From Bacillota bacterium (GTDB lineage: Bacteria > Bacillota > SHA-98 > UBA4971): a DNA stretch of 64,000 bases. Position 1 is the first letter of the stretch. The number at the start of each line of letters is the position of its first letter. A program made the position numbers and the translations under genes. The stretch covers positions 2,538-66,537 of the forward strand of contig JAAZLO010000050.1 of the NCBI GenBank assembly GCA_012689375.1, given 5' to 3'. Positions 8,501 to 18,628 of the stretch are shown in pieces. Under the pieces are notes generated by a model that saw only the letters and a program-made list of their open reading frames with translations, had not been told where the DNA came from and searched no databases.

Positions 8501-10269
8501 GTAATTTTCAACACCTGGAATTTCTTCGATATAACAGCCACCGCTTGACAAAGCAAATGCTGACGGAGTTCCGTATGGGAAGGGGCTTGAGAATCGGCGA
8601 AACAACGGTAATCAGCCGTAAAGTCCATGTAATTTATCCGGCTGAACCTGACGAAATTAAAATAATTGTTAACCAGGATGCAGGTCGCGTCTTTTATTCC
8701 AGGCGAAAAGAAAATGAAATACTTCATATAGATACCTTCCATGAAATATGTGAAATTAATCATAGAAGGGTTGCAGATGCAGTAAAACAGGGTGTGCATG
8801 AATATTATCGTAATCTTATGCTTCACCACGCAAAAGGGTTTATGTTTCCCACGGCAATTGAACTTTTAAATCTCATTGATATGCAAACAGGGAGTGGTGG
8901 TGGGAGGGTCAGTGGATCGCTAAATTACGGAAAAAAATATTCCCTGAGAAGGGCCCATTACAATCATGTTCATTTGGCAGCAATGCTTCCAAATAATTGT
9001 CTAGCAGCGGTATTTTATATTGTTAGTGCTGTAGAAACAGAACTTGCAAATCAGGGTGTGGAAATTCGTAAGGTAGAACGTATTTCTCATTTGGAAGGTG
9101 AGGGGAAGGCTGATCTTTCACCTTACTCCAGTATTTTTGATTCACATTTAAATGAATCCGAACAAAGCCCCACCGATCTAAATTGGGATTCCCTGAATAA
9201 GGAATCCCAGGTAGATGCTGTTGCATCAATGGCAGAGGAATTCGGCGGAAGGATTAATATGACAGAGATCCTTGAAAGCCTCACATCATCAGGGAGTGTT
9301 TCGAAGGAGATCCGGTATGATGTCGGGGATCTTGACGAAATAATAGAAAGGCTTACTTCCCTTCAACTTATAGAGAGGGAGATGGATAAATTTAGGCTGA
9401 CTGCAAAGGGTATGCAAGTAAGAGGTATCCTGACTTCGTATGCCTCAGAAATTGAAGCTGCAATAAGGCGTCTTATAAGAAAAATGCCTTTGGTGAAAAA
9501 ATACCCGCAATATGAGGAAGGGCGTTTCTATAAAAGAACTTCCAGGGAAATACCTGGGTTTGCAAAAACAGCAAGGCCTCTTAACGAAGGGGAATGGTGT
9601 GACACTCTTGCTATTCCTGAGACAATCCTTAATTCTTTAGCAAGGTGTAGAGCAGAAAATACAGCTCAGTTTAGATTGCGCCGTGAAGATATACAGGTTT
9701 ACCGGCGTCGCCCTACACAGTTACCTGAAATTTGCCTTTTAATAGATGCAAGTGCCAGTATGGTTGGGAAAAGGATTCGGGCTGCCAAGTATCTTATAAG
9801 ACACTTGGCCATGACATGCCAGGTGAAAATCAGCGTATTAACATTTCAAGAACGGGATGTTAAAATTCATATTGCATCTACTAGAAGTAAAAGAGCGATT
9901 GAAAGGGGAGTGCAGAAGATTCAACCTCAAGGCCTTACTCCCCTTGCTGCCGGAATTGTTGATACTCTGGGTTTTATCAAAGCAAAGAGACTTAAAGATG
10001 TTTTGCTTATCTTGATAACTGATGGTATTCCCACTATGAATCGCTGGACTGCAGACCCCGCGAGAGATGCCCTGACAGCCGCGAAAAACATAGCAGAGGA
10101 CAAAATAGCTTTTATGTGTGTAGGGCTTCAGCCTAACAGGGATTTCCTTTCCCGTCTTGTAGAAATCGCCCACGGTAAGCTTTATATTGTTGATGAATTT
10201 GATAAGGACATCCTAATAAACTTAGTAAGAGCCGGAAGGCGGGAAAGCACCGGAGCCGGGAAAGGTTGA
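8497..10269 (+). CDS. von Willebrand factor A (vWA/MIDAS) domain protein, partner of the ChlI-like ATPase
   Basis: C-terminal vWA domain with the MIDAS motif LLIDASASM...T...D (ITDG). An acidic, low-complexity middle region and an N-terminal ~170 aa of unknown fold that does not look like AAA+. The 4-nt overlap with the upstream gene suggests translational coupling. Confidence 0.7.
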   Translation: MSNFQHLEFLRYNSHRLTKQMLTEFRMGRGLRIGETTVISRKVHVIYPAEPDEIKIIVNQDAGRVFYSRRKENEILHIDTFHEICEINHRRVADAVKQGVHEYYRNLMLHHAKGFMFPTAIELLNLIDMQTGSGGGRVSGSLNYGKKYSLRRAHYNHVHLAAMLPNNCLAAVFYIVSAVETELANQGVEIRKVERISHLEGEGKADLSPYSSIFDSHLNESEQSPTDLNWDSLNKESQVDAVASMAEEFGGRINMTEILESLTSSGSVSKEIRYDVGDLDEIIERLTSLQLIEREMDKFRLTAKGMQVRGILTSYASEIEAAIRRLIRKMPLVKKYPQYEEGRFYKRTSREIPGFAKTARPLNEGEWCDTLAIPETILNSLARCRAENTAQFRLRREDIQVYRRRPTQLPEICLLIDASASMVGKRIRAAKYLIRHLAMTCQVKISVLTFQERDVKIHIASTRSKRAIERGVQKIQPQGLTPLAAGIVDTLGFIKAKRLKDVLLILITDGIPTMNRWTADPARDALTAAKNIAEDKIAFMCVGLQPNRDFLSRLVEIAHGKLYIVDEFDKDILINLVRAGRRESTGAGKG

Positions 10270-10367
10270 ATGCAGGAATCCATACATAGCTTGCCGAATA
10301 TCCTCGAAACAAGTGATTGACAAATCAGGTCTTAAAATCTAATTACCTTGTACGTTAAAATTAGGGG

Positions 10368-10805
10368 ATGATGATGTTGCTTGCCATTGCTATAGTAGCA
10401 TTGACATTTGCCGTTCTCGTGGCCATGTTTGCCATTCAAAACTCTGCTCTGGTCTCTATTTCGTTTTTCAGTTGGCAAATTAGAGATGTCTCTCTGGCAG
10501 TAGTAATATTAGGTTCAGCAGCGTTAGGTGCCTTGGCTATAGGGCTTTTTACCGTTGTCAGGGAGATTGGATTGAAGCTTTCACTTAGATCATGTAACGT
10601 AAAACTAGAGGATACCGTAAAACAATTAGAAGAAACAAAAGAAAACAGTTTATTTTTAGAACGAGAAGTAAAGAGGCTTAGGGAAGAGGCTATTGCTAAA
10701 TCGAAGGAACTTGAGACAGAGAGGCGCCTTATAGAAGCACTCGAAGTCGAGCTGGAAGCCACAAGGGCTATGGAGATCCTTCCTGAGCCTGAAAATGATA
10801 TTTGA
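10368..10805 (+). CDS. LapA/DUF1049-like membrane protein with C-terminal coiled coil
   Basis: 145 aa with two N-terminal TM helices followed by a charged, coiled-coil-like tail (EELKRLREEAIAK...). Confidence 0.45.
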   Translation: MMMLLAIAIVALTFAVLVAMFAIQNSALVSISFFSWQIRDVSLAVVILGSAALGALAIGLFTVVREIGLKLSLRSCNVKLEDTVKQLEETKENSLFLEREVKRLREEAIAKSKELETERRLIEALEVELEATRAMEILPEPENDI

Positions 10806-10833
10806 AAGGATAAAATAGTGGGAGAGTGGGATA

Positions 10834-12573
10834 TTGGCTAATTCTGTATGGATATTACCGGAAATAAGTGATGAGATTAAGGCGAAGGGCAAAAATATAA
10901 GCTGTACTTTGGGTATTCCCCTTATTGTTGCGGAATTAATGGCCGAAAGAGGAATTTCAAATGCCTGCGAGGCAGAAGAATTCCTAAATGCTGATCTAAT
11001 GGATGTTAAAAGCCCTTATCTTCTCACTGATATGGATAAAGCAGTTCAAAGGCTAATTGAGGCGGTGAAAAAAGGCGAAAAAATCCGGATCTACGGTGAT
11101 TATGATGTGGATGGCGTCACATCAATTTGCATCCTAATGGATGTCCTCGGTAAGCTTGGTGCAAAAACCGATTATTATATTCCTGATCGTGTCAGTGAAG
11201 GATACGGGGTGAACCCTGATGCAGTTTTCAGTGCAGCTGAAGATGGCATTTCTCTAATGATCACGGTGGATTGTGGTATTACAGCTTCCTCTGAAGTTGA
11301 ACTTGCACGAACCCTTGGGATAGATGTGATAATTACGGATCATCACGTGCCGGATAAAGTTATCCCTGCGGCTATCGCAGTAATTAACCCGAAGCGTGAT
11401 GATGTTAATTATCCATTTTACGATCTTGCAGGGGTGGGTGTTGCATATAAGTTGGCTTCCGCCCTTCTTGCGGCTATCGGAAATACACAGTGTTCATTAA
11501 ATTCACCTGAGGATTACCTGGATTTTGTTGCCTTGGGTACTATTGCTGATGTATGTCCCCTTACAAAGGAAAATAGGATATTTGCAAAGCGGGGCTTAGA
11601 GAGACTCAGCCGGACTGATAATCCAGGCTTAAAGGCACTGATTGAAATATGCGGGCTCACTGATAGGGCAATTACCGCGGGGTTAGTGGGTTTTGTAATT
11701 GCCCCACGGCTTAATGCAGCCGGCAGAATACATGATGCATCCCTCTGTACAGAACTTTTATTAACTGATTCCTCTGAAAAAGCTATGTCAATAGCTAAGC
11801 TTTTGGACGATATTAATTGCAAAAGGCAAGAGATGGAAATGGAGATTTTTGAAGAGGCATTGTCTATGGTGAAAACTGTTAACGGCCGGCCTGTTGATGA
11901 TATTCTTGTTTTAGCAAACAAACGGTGGCACCCCGGGATTATTGGGATTGTGGCATCAAGACTTGTAAAAGAATTTAACCGCCCTTCAATTATGGTATCC
12001 CTTGCAGGTGATGAGGGTAGAGGTTCCGGGAGGAGTATCCCAGGGTTCAATTTATATAAGGCTTTATCTGAGTGTTCAGAATCCCTTCTGCATTTTGGGG
12101 GGCATAAAAATGCCGCAGGAATTATTTTATCCCATAACAAAATCGATGAATTCCGGCAATCAATAAATGAGATCGGGCGCAGGGTTCTCAAAAAGGACGA
12201 CTTCTTGCCTAAAATTATTTGTCACCGGGAACTTACTTTGAATGAAATTAACCTGGAAATCGCTGAGAGTATTGCTATGATGGCACCGTTTGGGGTTCAA
12301 AATCCCACACCCTTGTTTCTTTCAACAGGGGTCAAACTTGAAGAATACCGAGGCATCGGTATGGGCGGCAGGCATTTAAAGCTGAAACTTTCCCAAAGCG
12401 GTACAGTTCATGACGGTATTGGGTTTAATTTAGGTCATATGGTTTCCACATTCTATTCACACCGTATAAATGCTGTTGATTTAGTTTATTCAATCGAAAT
12501 AAATGAATGGGACGGGAGAATTCAGCCTCAACTTAATATAAAAGATTTAAGGGTCACTGAAAATTATACCTAA
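10834..12573 (+). CDS. recJ: Single-stranded-DNA-specific exonuclease RecJ
   Basis: 579 aa with the DHH family motifs DHH (ITDHHV) and a DHHA1 region (GGHKNAAG). Confidence 0.9.
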   Translation: MANSVWILPEISDEIKAKGKNISCTLGIPLIVAELMAERGISNACEAEEFLNADLMDVKSPYLLTDMDKAVQRLIEAVKKGEKIRIYGDYDVDGVTSICILMDVLGKLGAKTDYYIPDRVSEGYGVNPDAVFSAAEDGISLMITVDCGITASSEVELARTLGIDVIITDHHVPDKVIPAAIAVINPKRDDVNYPFYDLAGVGVAYKLASALLAAIGNTQCSLNSPEDYLDFVALGTIADVCPLTKENRIFAKRGLERLSRTDNPGLKALIEICGLTDRAITAGLVGFVIAPRLNAAGRIHDASLCTELLLTDSSEKAMSIAKLLDDINCKRQEMEMEIFEEALSMVKTVNGRPVDDILVLANKRWHPGIIGIVASRLVKEFNRPSIMVSLAGDEGRGSGRSIPGFNLYKALSECSESLLHFGGHKNAAGIILSHNKIDEFRQSINEIGRRVLKKDDFLPKIICHRELTLNEINLEIAESIAMMAPFGVQNPTPLFLSTGVKLEEYRGIGMGGRHLKLKLSQSGTVHDGIGFNLGHMVSTFYSHRINAVDLVYSIEINEWDGRIQPQLNIKDLRVTENYT

Positions 12574-12600
12574 TTGATGTATAATTAGTTAACAACAAAC
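12574..12600 (+). promoter_or_regulatory. Extended -10 promoter candidate for relA
   Basis: TGTATAAT (TG-N-TATAAT) at 12579-12586, just after the recJ stop. Confidence 0.3.
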
Positions 12601-12658
12601 AAACTAAAAAACGGCTAATTTATGTATTCGCCGCAGATTAGCGCAGAGCAAAAAACAG

Positions 12659-14854
12659 GTGGTATATATGGAAATAACCATCGTCGATATACTCGATAAA
12701 ATAAAACGGTACGCCCCATCCGCCCCCCTTCAGACTGTGATAAAGGCTTACGAGTTTGCGTCACAGGTTCATGCGGGGCAACTACGTGATTCAGGGGACT
12801 CATATATTCTCCACCCCCTCGGGGTTGCGCTAATCCTTGCTGAGCTTGAAATGGATGTAACAACAATTGCCGCAGGATTACTCCATGATGTAATTGAAGA
12901 CACAGAAACATCCCTTGATGAAATAGAGGAAACGTTCGGAGATGAAATTGGCCTTTTAGTTAATGGAGTCACAAAACTAGGTAGAGTCCCCCTTATGTCC
13001 AGGGAAGAGCAACAAGCGGAAAATCTCAGAAAAATGTTCCTGGCTATGGCACGGGATATTCGGGTGGTTCTTATTAAATTAGCCGATAGGCTTCATAACA
13101 TGAGGACCCTCAGCCACCTTCCTTGGAACAGGCAAGCAAGAATAGCCAAAGAAACCTTGGAAATTTATGCGCCTCTCGCTCACAGGCTTGGGATGTGGAG
13201 AATTAAGTGGGAACTTGAAGATCTTGCGTTAAGGCACTTAGAACCGGGTGAATATTATAGGCTTGTGGAAAAGGTTGCAAAAAAACGGAAAGAGCGGGAG
13301 AGTCTCATAGGGGAAGCTAAGGAAATTCTCAAAAGCAGTCTTGAAGAAAGTGGTATCCCCTGTGAATTACAGGGGAGAGCCAAGCATTTTTATAGTATAT
13401 TTGAAAAGATGAGAACCAGGGAGAGAACTTTCGATGAGATTTACGATCTTATAGCAGTGAGAATCATCGTAAATAACGTACGGGATTGCTATGCAGCCCT
13501 GGGATCAGTGCATTCCCTTTGGAAGCCGGTGCCGGGCCGGTTTAAAGACTATATAGCAATGCCTAAATCCAATATGTACCAATCACTTCATACCACTGTG
13601 ATAGGTCCTAAGGGGGAACCCCTGGAAATTCAGATCAGGACCTGGGAAATGCATAGAACTGCAGAATATGGCATAGCAGCACATTGGCGTTACAAGGAAG
13701 GCACCCAGGCAACGAATGAATTTGAAGAAAAACTTTCATGGCTAAGGCAGCTCCTGGAATGGCAAAGGGATATGAAAGATGTCCATGATTTTATGGAAAC
13801 TCTAAAAATAGATCTTTTTAAAGATGAGGTCTTTGTATTTACGCCAAAAGGTGATGTTCGGAGTTTGCCTGCGGGTTCCACCCCTGTGGATTTTGCTTAC
13901 AGTGTACACACTGATATAGGACACAGATGTATAGGTGCACGTATTAATGGGAAAATGGCATCTTTAGATTATCAGCTTACAAATGGGGATATAGTAGAAA
14001 TTATCACCTCAAAGGGAAAAGGTAGTCCCAGTTGGGATTGGTTGGCCTTTGTTAAGACATCAAAAGCCAGGAGTAAAATACGTCAGTGGGTCCGGGAGGA
14101 ACGCCGTAGTGAATCTTTACCCAGGGGCCGGGATATCTTAGAGAAAGAATTAAGGCGCCAAGGGTATGAGGTCCACGGGAATCTCAAAGAAGATAAACTA
14201 CAAGCTGCTGCAAAGCGTTTAGGATTCAATGATGTCGATGATCTTATAGCTGCAGTGGGTGATAGTAAGATCTCAGCCGTCCTTGTGATCGGGCGTATAG
14301 TATCAGACAAACCTGAGAAAGGAAAAGATGAAAAAGAACCGACACAGTTCACCCGGAGAAGAGATCCTCGGGTAAGTCAGGGGGTCAGTGTAAAGGGTGT
14401 AGATAATGTTCTGGTTAGGATAGCCCGTTGTTGCAATCCTGTTCCAGGTGATGAAATTATAGGTTATATTACCAGGGGTAGGGGTATCTCAGTGCATAGG
14501 CGGGATTGCCCTAATATTGCCTGGCTTAAAGCATCTCCTGAGCGCTGTATAGAGGTTGAATGGGAGTTTGGCGAAGAAGTTTCATATCCTGTGGAACTTG
14601 AAATCGAAGCTGTGGACAGAGTCGCACTCCTGACGAATATTATGAATGCCATAACAGGATTAAGGGTAAACATAAGGGCTGTAAATGCTGAAACCACCAA
14701 AGATCATGTGGCTGTCATAAATATGATTGTAGAAATATCCGGTGCCGATCATCTGGATTCTGTTGTAGAAAGAATAAAAAGGGTTAAAGGTATTACCGGT
14801 GTCCGAAGAGTGAAGCAAATGAGTCTGCACTCAGGGAAATCAGTATCAGTGTGA
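12659..14854 (+). CDS. relA: Bifunctional (p)ppGpp synthetase/hydrolase RelA/SpoT
   Basis: 731 aa with an HD hydrolase domain (HDVIEDT), a synthetase domain, and TGS and ACT C-terminal domains. recJ-relA-dtd order as in Bacillus. Confidence 0.92.
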   Translation: MVYMEITIVDILDKIKRYAPSAPLQTVIKAYEFASQVHAGQLRDSGDSYILHPLGVALILAELEMDVTTIAAGLLHDVIEDTETSLDEIEETFGDEIGLLVNGVTKLGRVPLMSREEQQAENLRKMFLAMARDIRVVLIKLADRLHNMRTLSHLPWNRQARIAKETLEIYAPLAHRLGMWRIKWELEDLALRHLEPGEYYRLVEKVAKKRKERESLIGEAKEILKSSLEESGIPCELQGRAKHFYSIFEKMRTRERTFDEIYDLIAVRIIVNNVRDCYAALGSVHSLWKPVPGRFKDYIAMPKSNMYQSLHTTVIGPKGEPLEIQIRTWEMHRTAEYGIAAHWRYKEGTQATNEFEEKLSWLRQLLEWQRDMKDVHDFMETLKIDLFKDEVFVFTPKGDVRSLPAGSTPVDFAYSVHTDIGHRCIGARINGKMASLDYQLTNGDIVEIITSKGKGSPSWDWLAFVKTSKARSKIRQWVREERRSESLPRGRDILEKELRRQGYEVHGNLKEDKLQAAAKRLGFNDVDDLIAAVGDSKISAVLVIGRIVSDKPEKGKDEKEPTQFTRRRDPRVSQGVSVKGVDNVLVRIARCCNPVPGDEIIGYITRGRGISVHRRDCPNIAWLKASPERCIEVEWEFGEEVSYPVELEIEAVDRVALLTNIMNAITGLRVNIRAVNAETTKDHVAVINMIVEISGADHLDSVVERIKRVKGITGVRRVKQMSLHSGKSVSV

Positions 14855-14927
14855 ATTAAGATGTATATAAAAAGCTTGCAGACTTTTTTGCCAAAGCTTG
14901 CTTGCGGATACGGAGCGTGGAATATTA

Positions 14928-15377
14928 ATGAGAGCAGTGGTCCAAAGAGTCAAATGTGCCAAAGTTACAATCCGGGGTGAGACAGTCGGTAAAATAGGTC
15001 CTGGGCTTGTAGTTTTTCTCGGAGTCGGGGAAAATGATACAAACGATGATTTAGATTATCTTGTTGAGAAGGTTGCCAACCTTCGAATTTTTGAAGATAA
15101 AGACGGGAAGATGAACCTATCTGTACTACAATTGGGTTTAGAGGTACTTGTAGTCCCACAATTTACCATATGGGGCGATTGTCGCAGAGGCAGACGCCCG
15201 GACTTCAGCCATGCTGCACTTCCTAAGAAAGCCGAGGAAATGTATGAGGAATATATTATGGGACTCCGGGATACCGGCCTATCAGTAGAAACCGGGAGAT
15301 TTCGTGAAACTATGATTGTATCATTGGAAAATGACGGTCCGGTTACTATATTGCTTGACAGTGACAAGTTGTTCTAG
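14928..15377 (+). CDS. dtd: D-aminoacyl-tRNA deacylase
   Basis: Starts MRAVVQRV. It carries the SQFTL-type motif (PQFTIWGD) and a C-terminal NDGPVT. Start ATG 14928 has RBS GGAGCG. The ORF track begins at 14898. Confidence 0.9.
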   Translation: MRAVVQRVKCAKVTIRGETVGKIGPGLVVFLGVGENDTNDDLDYLVEKVANLRIFEDKDGKMNLSVLQLGLEVLVVPQFTIWGDCRRGRRPDFSHAALPKKAEEMYEEYIMGLRDTGLSVETGRFRETMIVSLENDGPVTILLDSDKLF

Positions 15378-15480
15378 TCCGCCTACAAGAGTAATTTCAA
15401 ATCCAGATGATACAGTTGTATATGTTATATATGGAGCTTCCCGTATTAGGATTGCTTAGGGACTTCGGAAAGGGGTTACT

Positions 15481-16113
15481 GTGTTTATGATACTGAAAAC
15501 AGTCTGTGTGGGGGCATTTAGGACTAATTGCTATATACTTGGGTGTAAAACGTCAAAGGAGGCCATTATTATTGATCCCGGGGATGACGCAGATCTGATA
15601 CAGGATCAACTTAGAGCAGCGGAATTATTATGTAAAACAATTGTAAATACCCATGGGCATATGGATCACACAGGTGCAAATAAGACATTGGCAGAAGCTA
15701 CAGGAGCAATCATAGCTATAGGTAAAAAAGATGCATCTTTCCTTGAAAATCCCGCTGATATTCTCCCCAAGGCTCTTAATTACCTTGTAAGGGGGGCACA
15801 GAGTCCACCTGCGGATTTGCTTCTTTCTGAAGGCGATATGTTATATGCAGGTAATATACAGCTTCAGGTCATTGATACTCCCGGCCACACCCCCGGTAGT
15901 ATTTCACTGCTTGGGGGAAATATGGTTTTCTCGGGAGATACAATATTTGCATCAGGGGGAATCGGTCGTACGGACTTCCCAGGTGGATGCCATGAACAAT
16001 TAGTTGAGTCCATTAAGGACAAACTCCTCATTCTTCCGGATGAAACCTTGGTCTACCCCGGCCATGGTCCGTCCACTACTATTGGCAGGGAGCGTGCTGT
16101 CTTCAACCGTTGA
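15481..16113 (+). CDS. MBL-fold metallo-hydrolase (hydroxyacylglutathione hydrolase-like)
   Basis: HxHxDH motif (HGHMDHTG). 210 aa. Confidence 0.75.
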   Translation: MFMILKTVCVGAFRTNCYILGCKTSKEAIIIDPGDDADLIQDQLRAAELLCKTIVNTHGHMDHTGANKTLAEATGAIIAIGKKDASFLENPADILPKALNYLVRGAQSPPADLLLSEGDMLYAGNIQLQVIDTPGHTPGSISLLGGNMVFSGDTIFASGGIGRTDFPGGCHEQLVESIKDKLLILPDETLVYPGHGPSTTIGRERAVFNR

Positions 16114-16148
16114 CAATTCAATGGAAATTAGGGTAGACTCACAACATA

Positions 16149-17306
16149 ATGCAGAAGGGGGAGATGCCCTTGTTAAAGGGCTTTCGTGGAAAAAAGGGAG
16201 CTAAGACCATCAAAGTTATTGTCATTGTATTGGCTATTGCCTTCGTTGGTGGGCTTTTATATACAGGCTCTGTGGTTATGAGAGAGCCTGCAGGGGATCA
16301 CTACGGAGTTATTGCTGTTGTTAACGGAAAAAATATAAACAGGGATTCCTTCGAACAGGGGTACAGAAATGCACTTTTGGCCGAATATGAGTATACTGGG
16401 AGAGTGCTTCCTGAGAATATCGGACCGATCAGAATATCCCTTCTTAACCAATTTATTGATACCATCCTGATCACTGAAGCCGCCCGGAAAGAAAAAATAC
16501 GGATATCGTCAAAAGAAGTTGATGAAGAATTTAAGTTACAGGAAGAAGCATTCCCCAGCAAAGAAGAATTTCAGGAGGCGCTTGCCGCAAATAATATTAC
16601 GGCCGCTCAATTTAAGAGTCTGATAAAGGAACGCTTAACAATACAGAAGCTGTTTAATCAGATCCAGGCAGGTGTTACAATATCCGAGGATGAAGTAAAG
16701 AAAGCCTACACAGAAGAGACAGGGGCGCCTGCTGAGGGTGAAGAGTTTGATAAACAGAGATCTGAAATTGAAATGAGGCTTAAAGCACAGGCAGGGCAAA
16801 ATGAATTATCTGCATGGCTTGAGGGTCTCCGTAACGAAGCAAATATTGAACTGCGTGATGCTGAGTTAAGAGCCCTGGTAAAAATCAAAGAAAAGGACTA
16901 TGATGAGGCAATTGCCGAGTATAACTCTGCTATATCGTTAGATCCGGAAAATCCATATTTATATGTGGGGGTAGCCCAGGCCTACATGGCTAAAGATAAC
17001 TTGAAACAGGCCACTGAAGCCTTGGAGAAGGCTGTCAGCCTACGGCCGGAAGATCCATATATGAGACTCCTCTTGGGTTTAGCATACAGGGATGGAGATT
17101 CCCACGAGCTTGCTGCACATGAATTTAAAGTTGCATCGGAATATGGCGGGCTCGATATTTTGTTACACGTCCGTCTAGAATCCCTTTTGAAAACCGTGGG
17201 TAATGATGAAGATGTAAGGAACCAGCAAACAAAAATTAAAGAGATCCGGGAACTTCTTGAGAAAAGCAACAGTGCGGCCGTCACTGAAGAGCAGGTTAAT
17301 AATTGA
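16149..17306 (+). CDS. SurA N-terminal-domain / TPR-repeat protein (chaperone-like, no PPIase motif seen)
   Basis: N-terminal TM and a SurA-N-like region, followed by a C-terminal TPR-like repeat (AIAEYNSAISLDPENPYLYVGVAQAY...). Confidence 0.5.
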   Translation: MQKGEMPLLKGFRGKKGAKTIKVIVIVLAIAFVGGLLYTGSVVMREPAGDHYGVIAVVNGKNINRDSFEQGYRNALLAEYEYTGRVLPENIGPIRISLLNQFIDTILITEAARKEKIRISSKEVDEEFKLQEEAFPSKEEFQEALAANNITAAQFKSLIKERLTIQKLFNQIQAGVTISEDEVKKAYTEETGAPAEGEEFDKQRSEIEMRLKAQAGQNELSAWLEGLRNEANIELRDAELRALVKIKEKDYDEAIAEYNSAISLDPENPYLYVGVAQAYMAKDNLKQATEALEKAVSLRPEDPYMRLLLGLAYRDGDSHELAAHEFKVASEYGGLDILLHVRLESLLKTVGNDEDVRNQQTKIKEIRELLEKSNSAAVTEEQVNN

Positions 17307-17318
17307 GGGGGCAAATTC

Positions 17319-18578
17319 ATGGCAATTATTAGGGCACCCAGGGGTACAATAGATGTATTCCCTGAGGAACCAAAAATATGGATTCAGCTGGAACAAACTG
17401 TAAGATCGGTATGCCATAGTGCCGGTTATACTGAGATCCGGACTCCTATTTTTGAGCATACAGAGCTTTTTACAAGAGGGGTAGGCGAGAGTACTGATAT
17501 TGTGGAAAAAGAAATGTACACCTTTCGCGATAAAGGGGATCGTAGTATCACGTTACGCCCTGAGGGTACAGCACCTGTTGTCAGGGCCTATCTAGAACAT
17601 AAAATGTGGGCCGCACCCCAGCCTGTGAAGGTGTATTATATAGGACCCATGTTTAGGTATGAGCGTCCCCAAATGGGCCGTTTAAGGCAACACACTCAGT
17701 TTGGTGTTGAAGCTTTAGGATCATCTTCACCTGCTTTAGATGCAGAAGTTATTTCTTTGCTTATTTCCGTATATCAATCCATGGGGTTGGAGGAGTTTAC
17801 TGTACGGTTAAATAGTATCGGATGTCCTGAATGCAGGCCCCGATATAAGGAAACCCTTGTAAAATTACTGTCAAAGCATTTGGATGAGCTTTGTATTGAT
17901 TGTAAGAGCAGGCTTGAACGGAATCCTTTAAGAGTCCTGGATTGCAAAAATGAACGATGTGCGGTTTTTGCTAAAAAGCTTCCCCCTTTCTTTGATTACC
18001 TCTGTGGGGATTGTAAGGAGCACTTCAAAGGGGTTACCACATATTTGGAAGCTCTAAGGCTGTCTTATGAACTGGATCCGACTATTGTCAGAGGTCTTGA
18101 TTATTATACTAAGACTGTATTTGAAGTGATGCATTCAGGTCTTGGGGCGCAAAATGTGCTTGGGGGCGGTGGAAGGTATGATGGTTTAGCGGAAGAGCTT
18201 GGTGGGGTCCCGACTCCCGCTGTAGGTTTTGCTGCAGGAATTGAGCGTGCTGTACAGGTATTGCAAAACTTGGCAAATGACAAGTCATATGAAAATAATG
18301 GCAGAACCGGTGTATTTATCATTACCATAGGTGATGAAGCCAGGCTTAAAGCGATCCATTTAACTCATTTGCTCCGTAAACATGGTGTACCTGCAGATAT
18401 TGATTATTTGGGCAGGAGTCTGAGGGCGCAAATGAAGTATGCCGACAAACAAGGAATCCAAACAGTTGCAATCATCGGTGAAGATGAGCTCAAAGGAGGT
18501 TACGCAGTAGTAAGGGATATGGTAACCGGGGAACAAACCCAGATAGAATTTGATAATTTGGTCGAAGCCTTAAGATAA
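17319..18578 (+). CDS. hisS: Histidine--tRNA ligase
   Basis: 419 aa class II aaRS with HisRS motifs. RBS GAGGGGG. Only a 12-nt gap to the upstream gene, so there is no room for a T-box leader. Confidence 0.93.
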   Translation: MAIIRAPRGTIDVFPEEPKIWIQLEQTVRSVCHSAGYTEIRTPIFEHTELFTRGVGESTDIVEKEMYTFRDKGDRSITLRPEGTAPVVRAYLEHKMWAAPQPVKVYYIGPMFRYERPQMGRLRQHTQFGVEALGSSSPALDAEVISLLISVYQSMGLEEFTVRLNSIGCPECRPRYKETLVKLLSKHLDELCIDCKSRLERNPLRVLDCKNERCAVFAKKLPPFFDYLCGDCKEHFKGVTTYLEALRLSYELDPTIVRGLDYYTKTVFEVMHSGLGAQNVLGGGGRYDGLAEELGGVPTPAVGFAAGIERAVQVLQNLANDKSYENNGRTGVFIITIGDEARLKAIHLTHLLRKHGVPADIDYLGRSLRAQMKYADKQGIQTVAIIGEDELKGGYAVVRDMVTGEQTQIEFDNLVEALR

Positions 18579-18628
18579 AATAAAAATTTTTAAACCAATT
18601 CGAGTTATGGAGAGAGAAGTGAATCACG

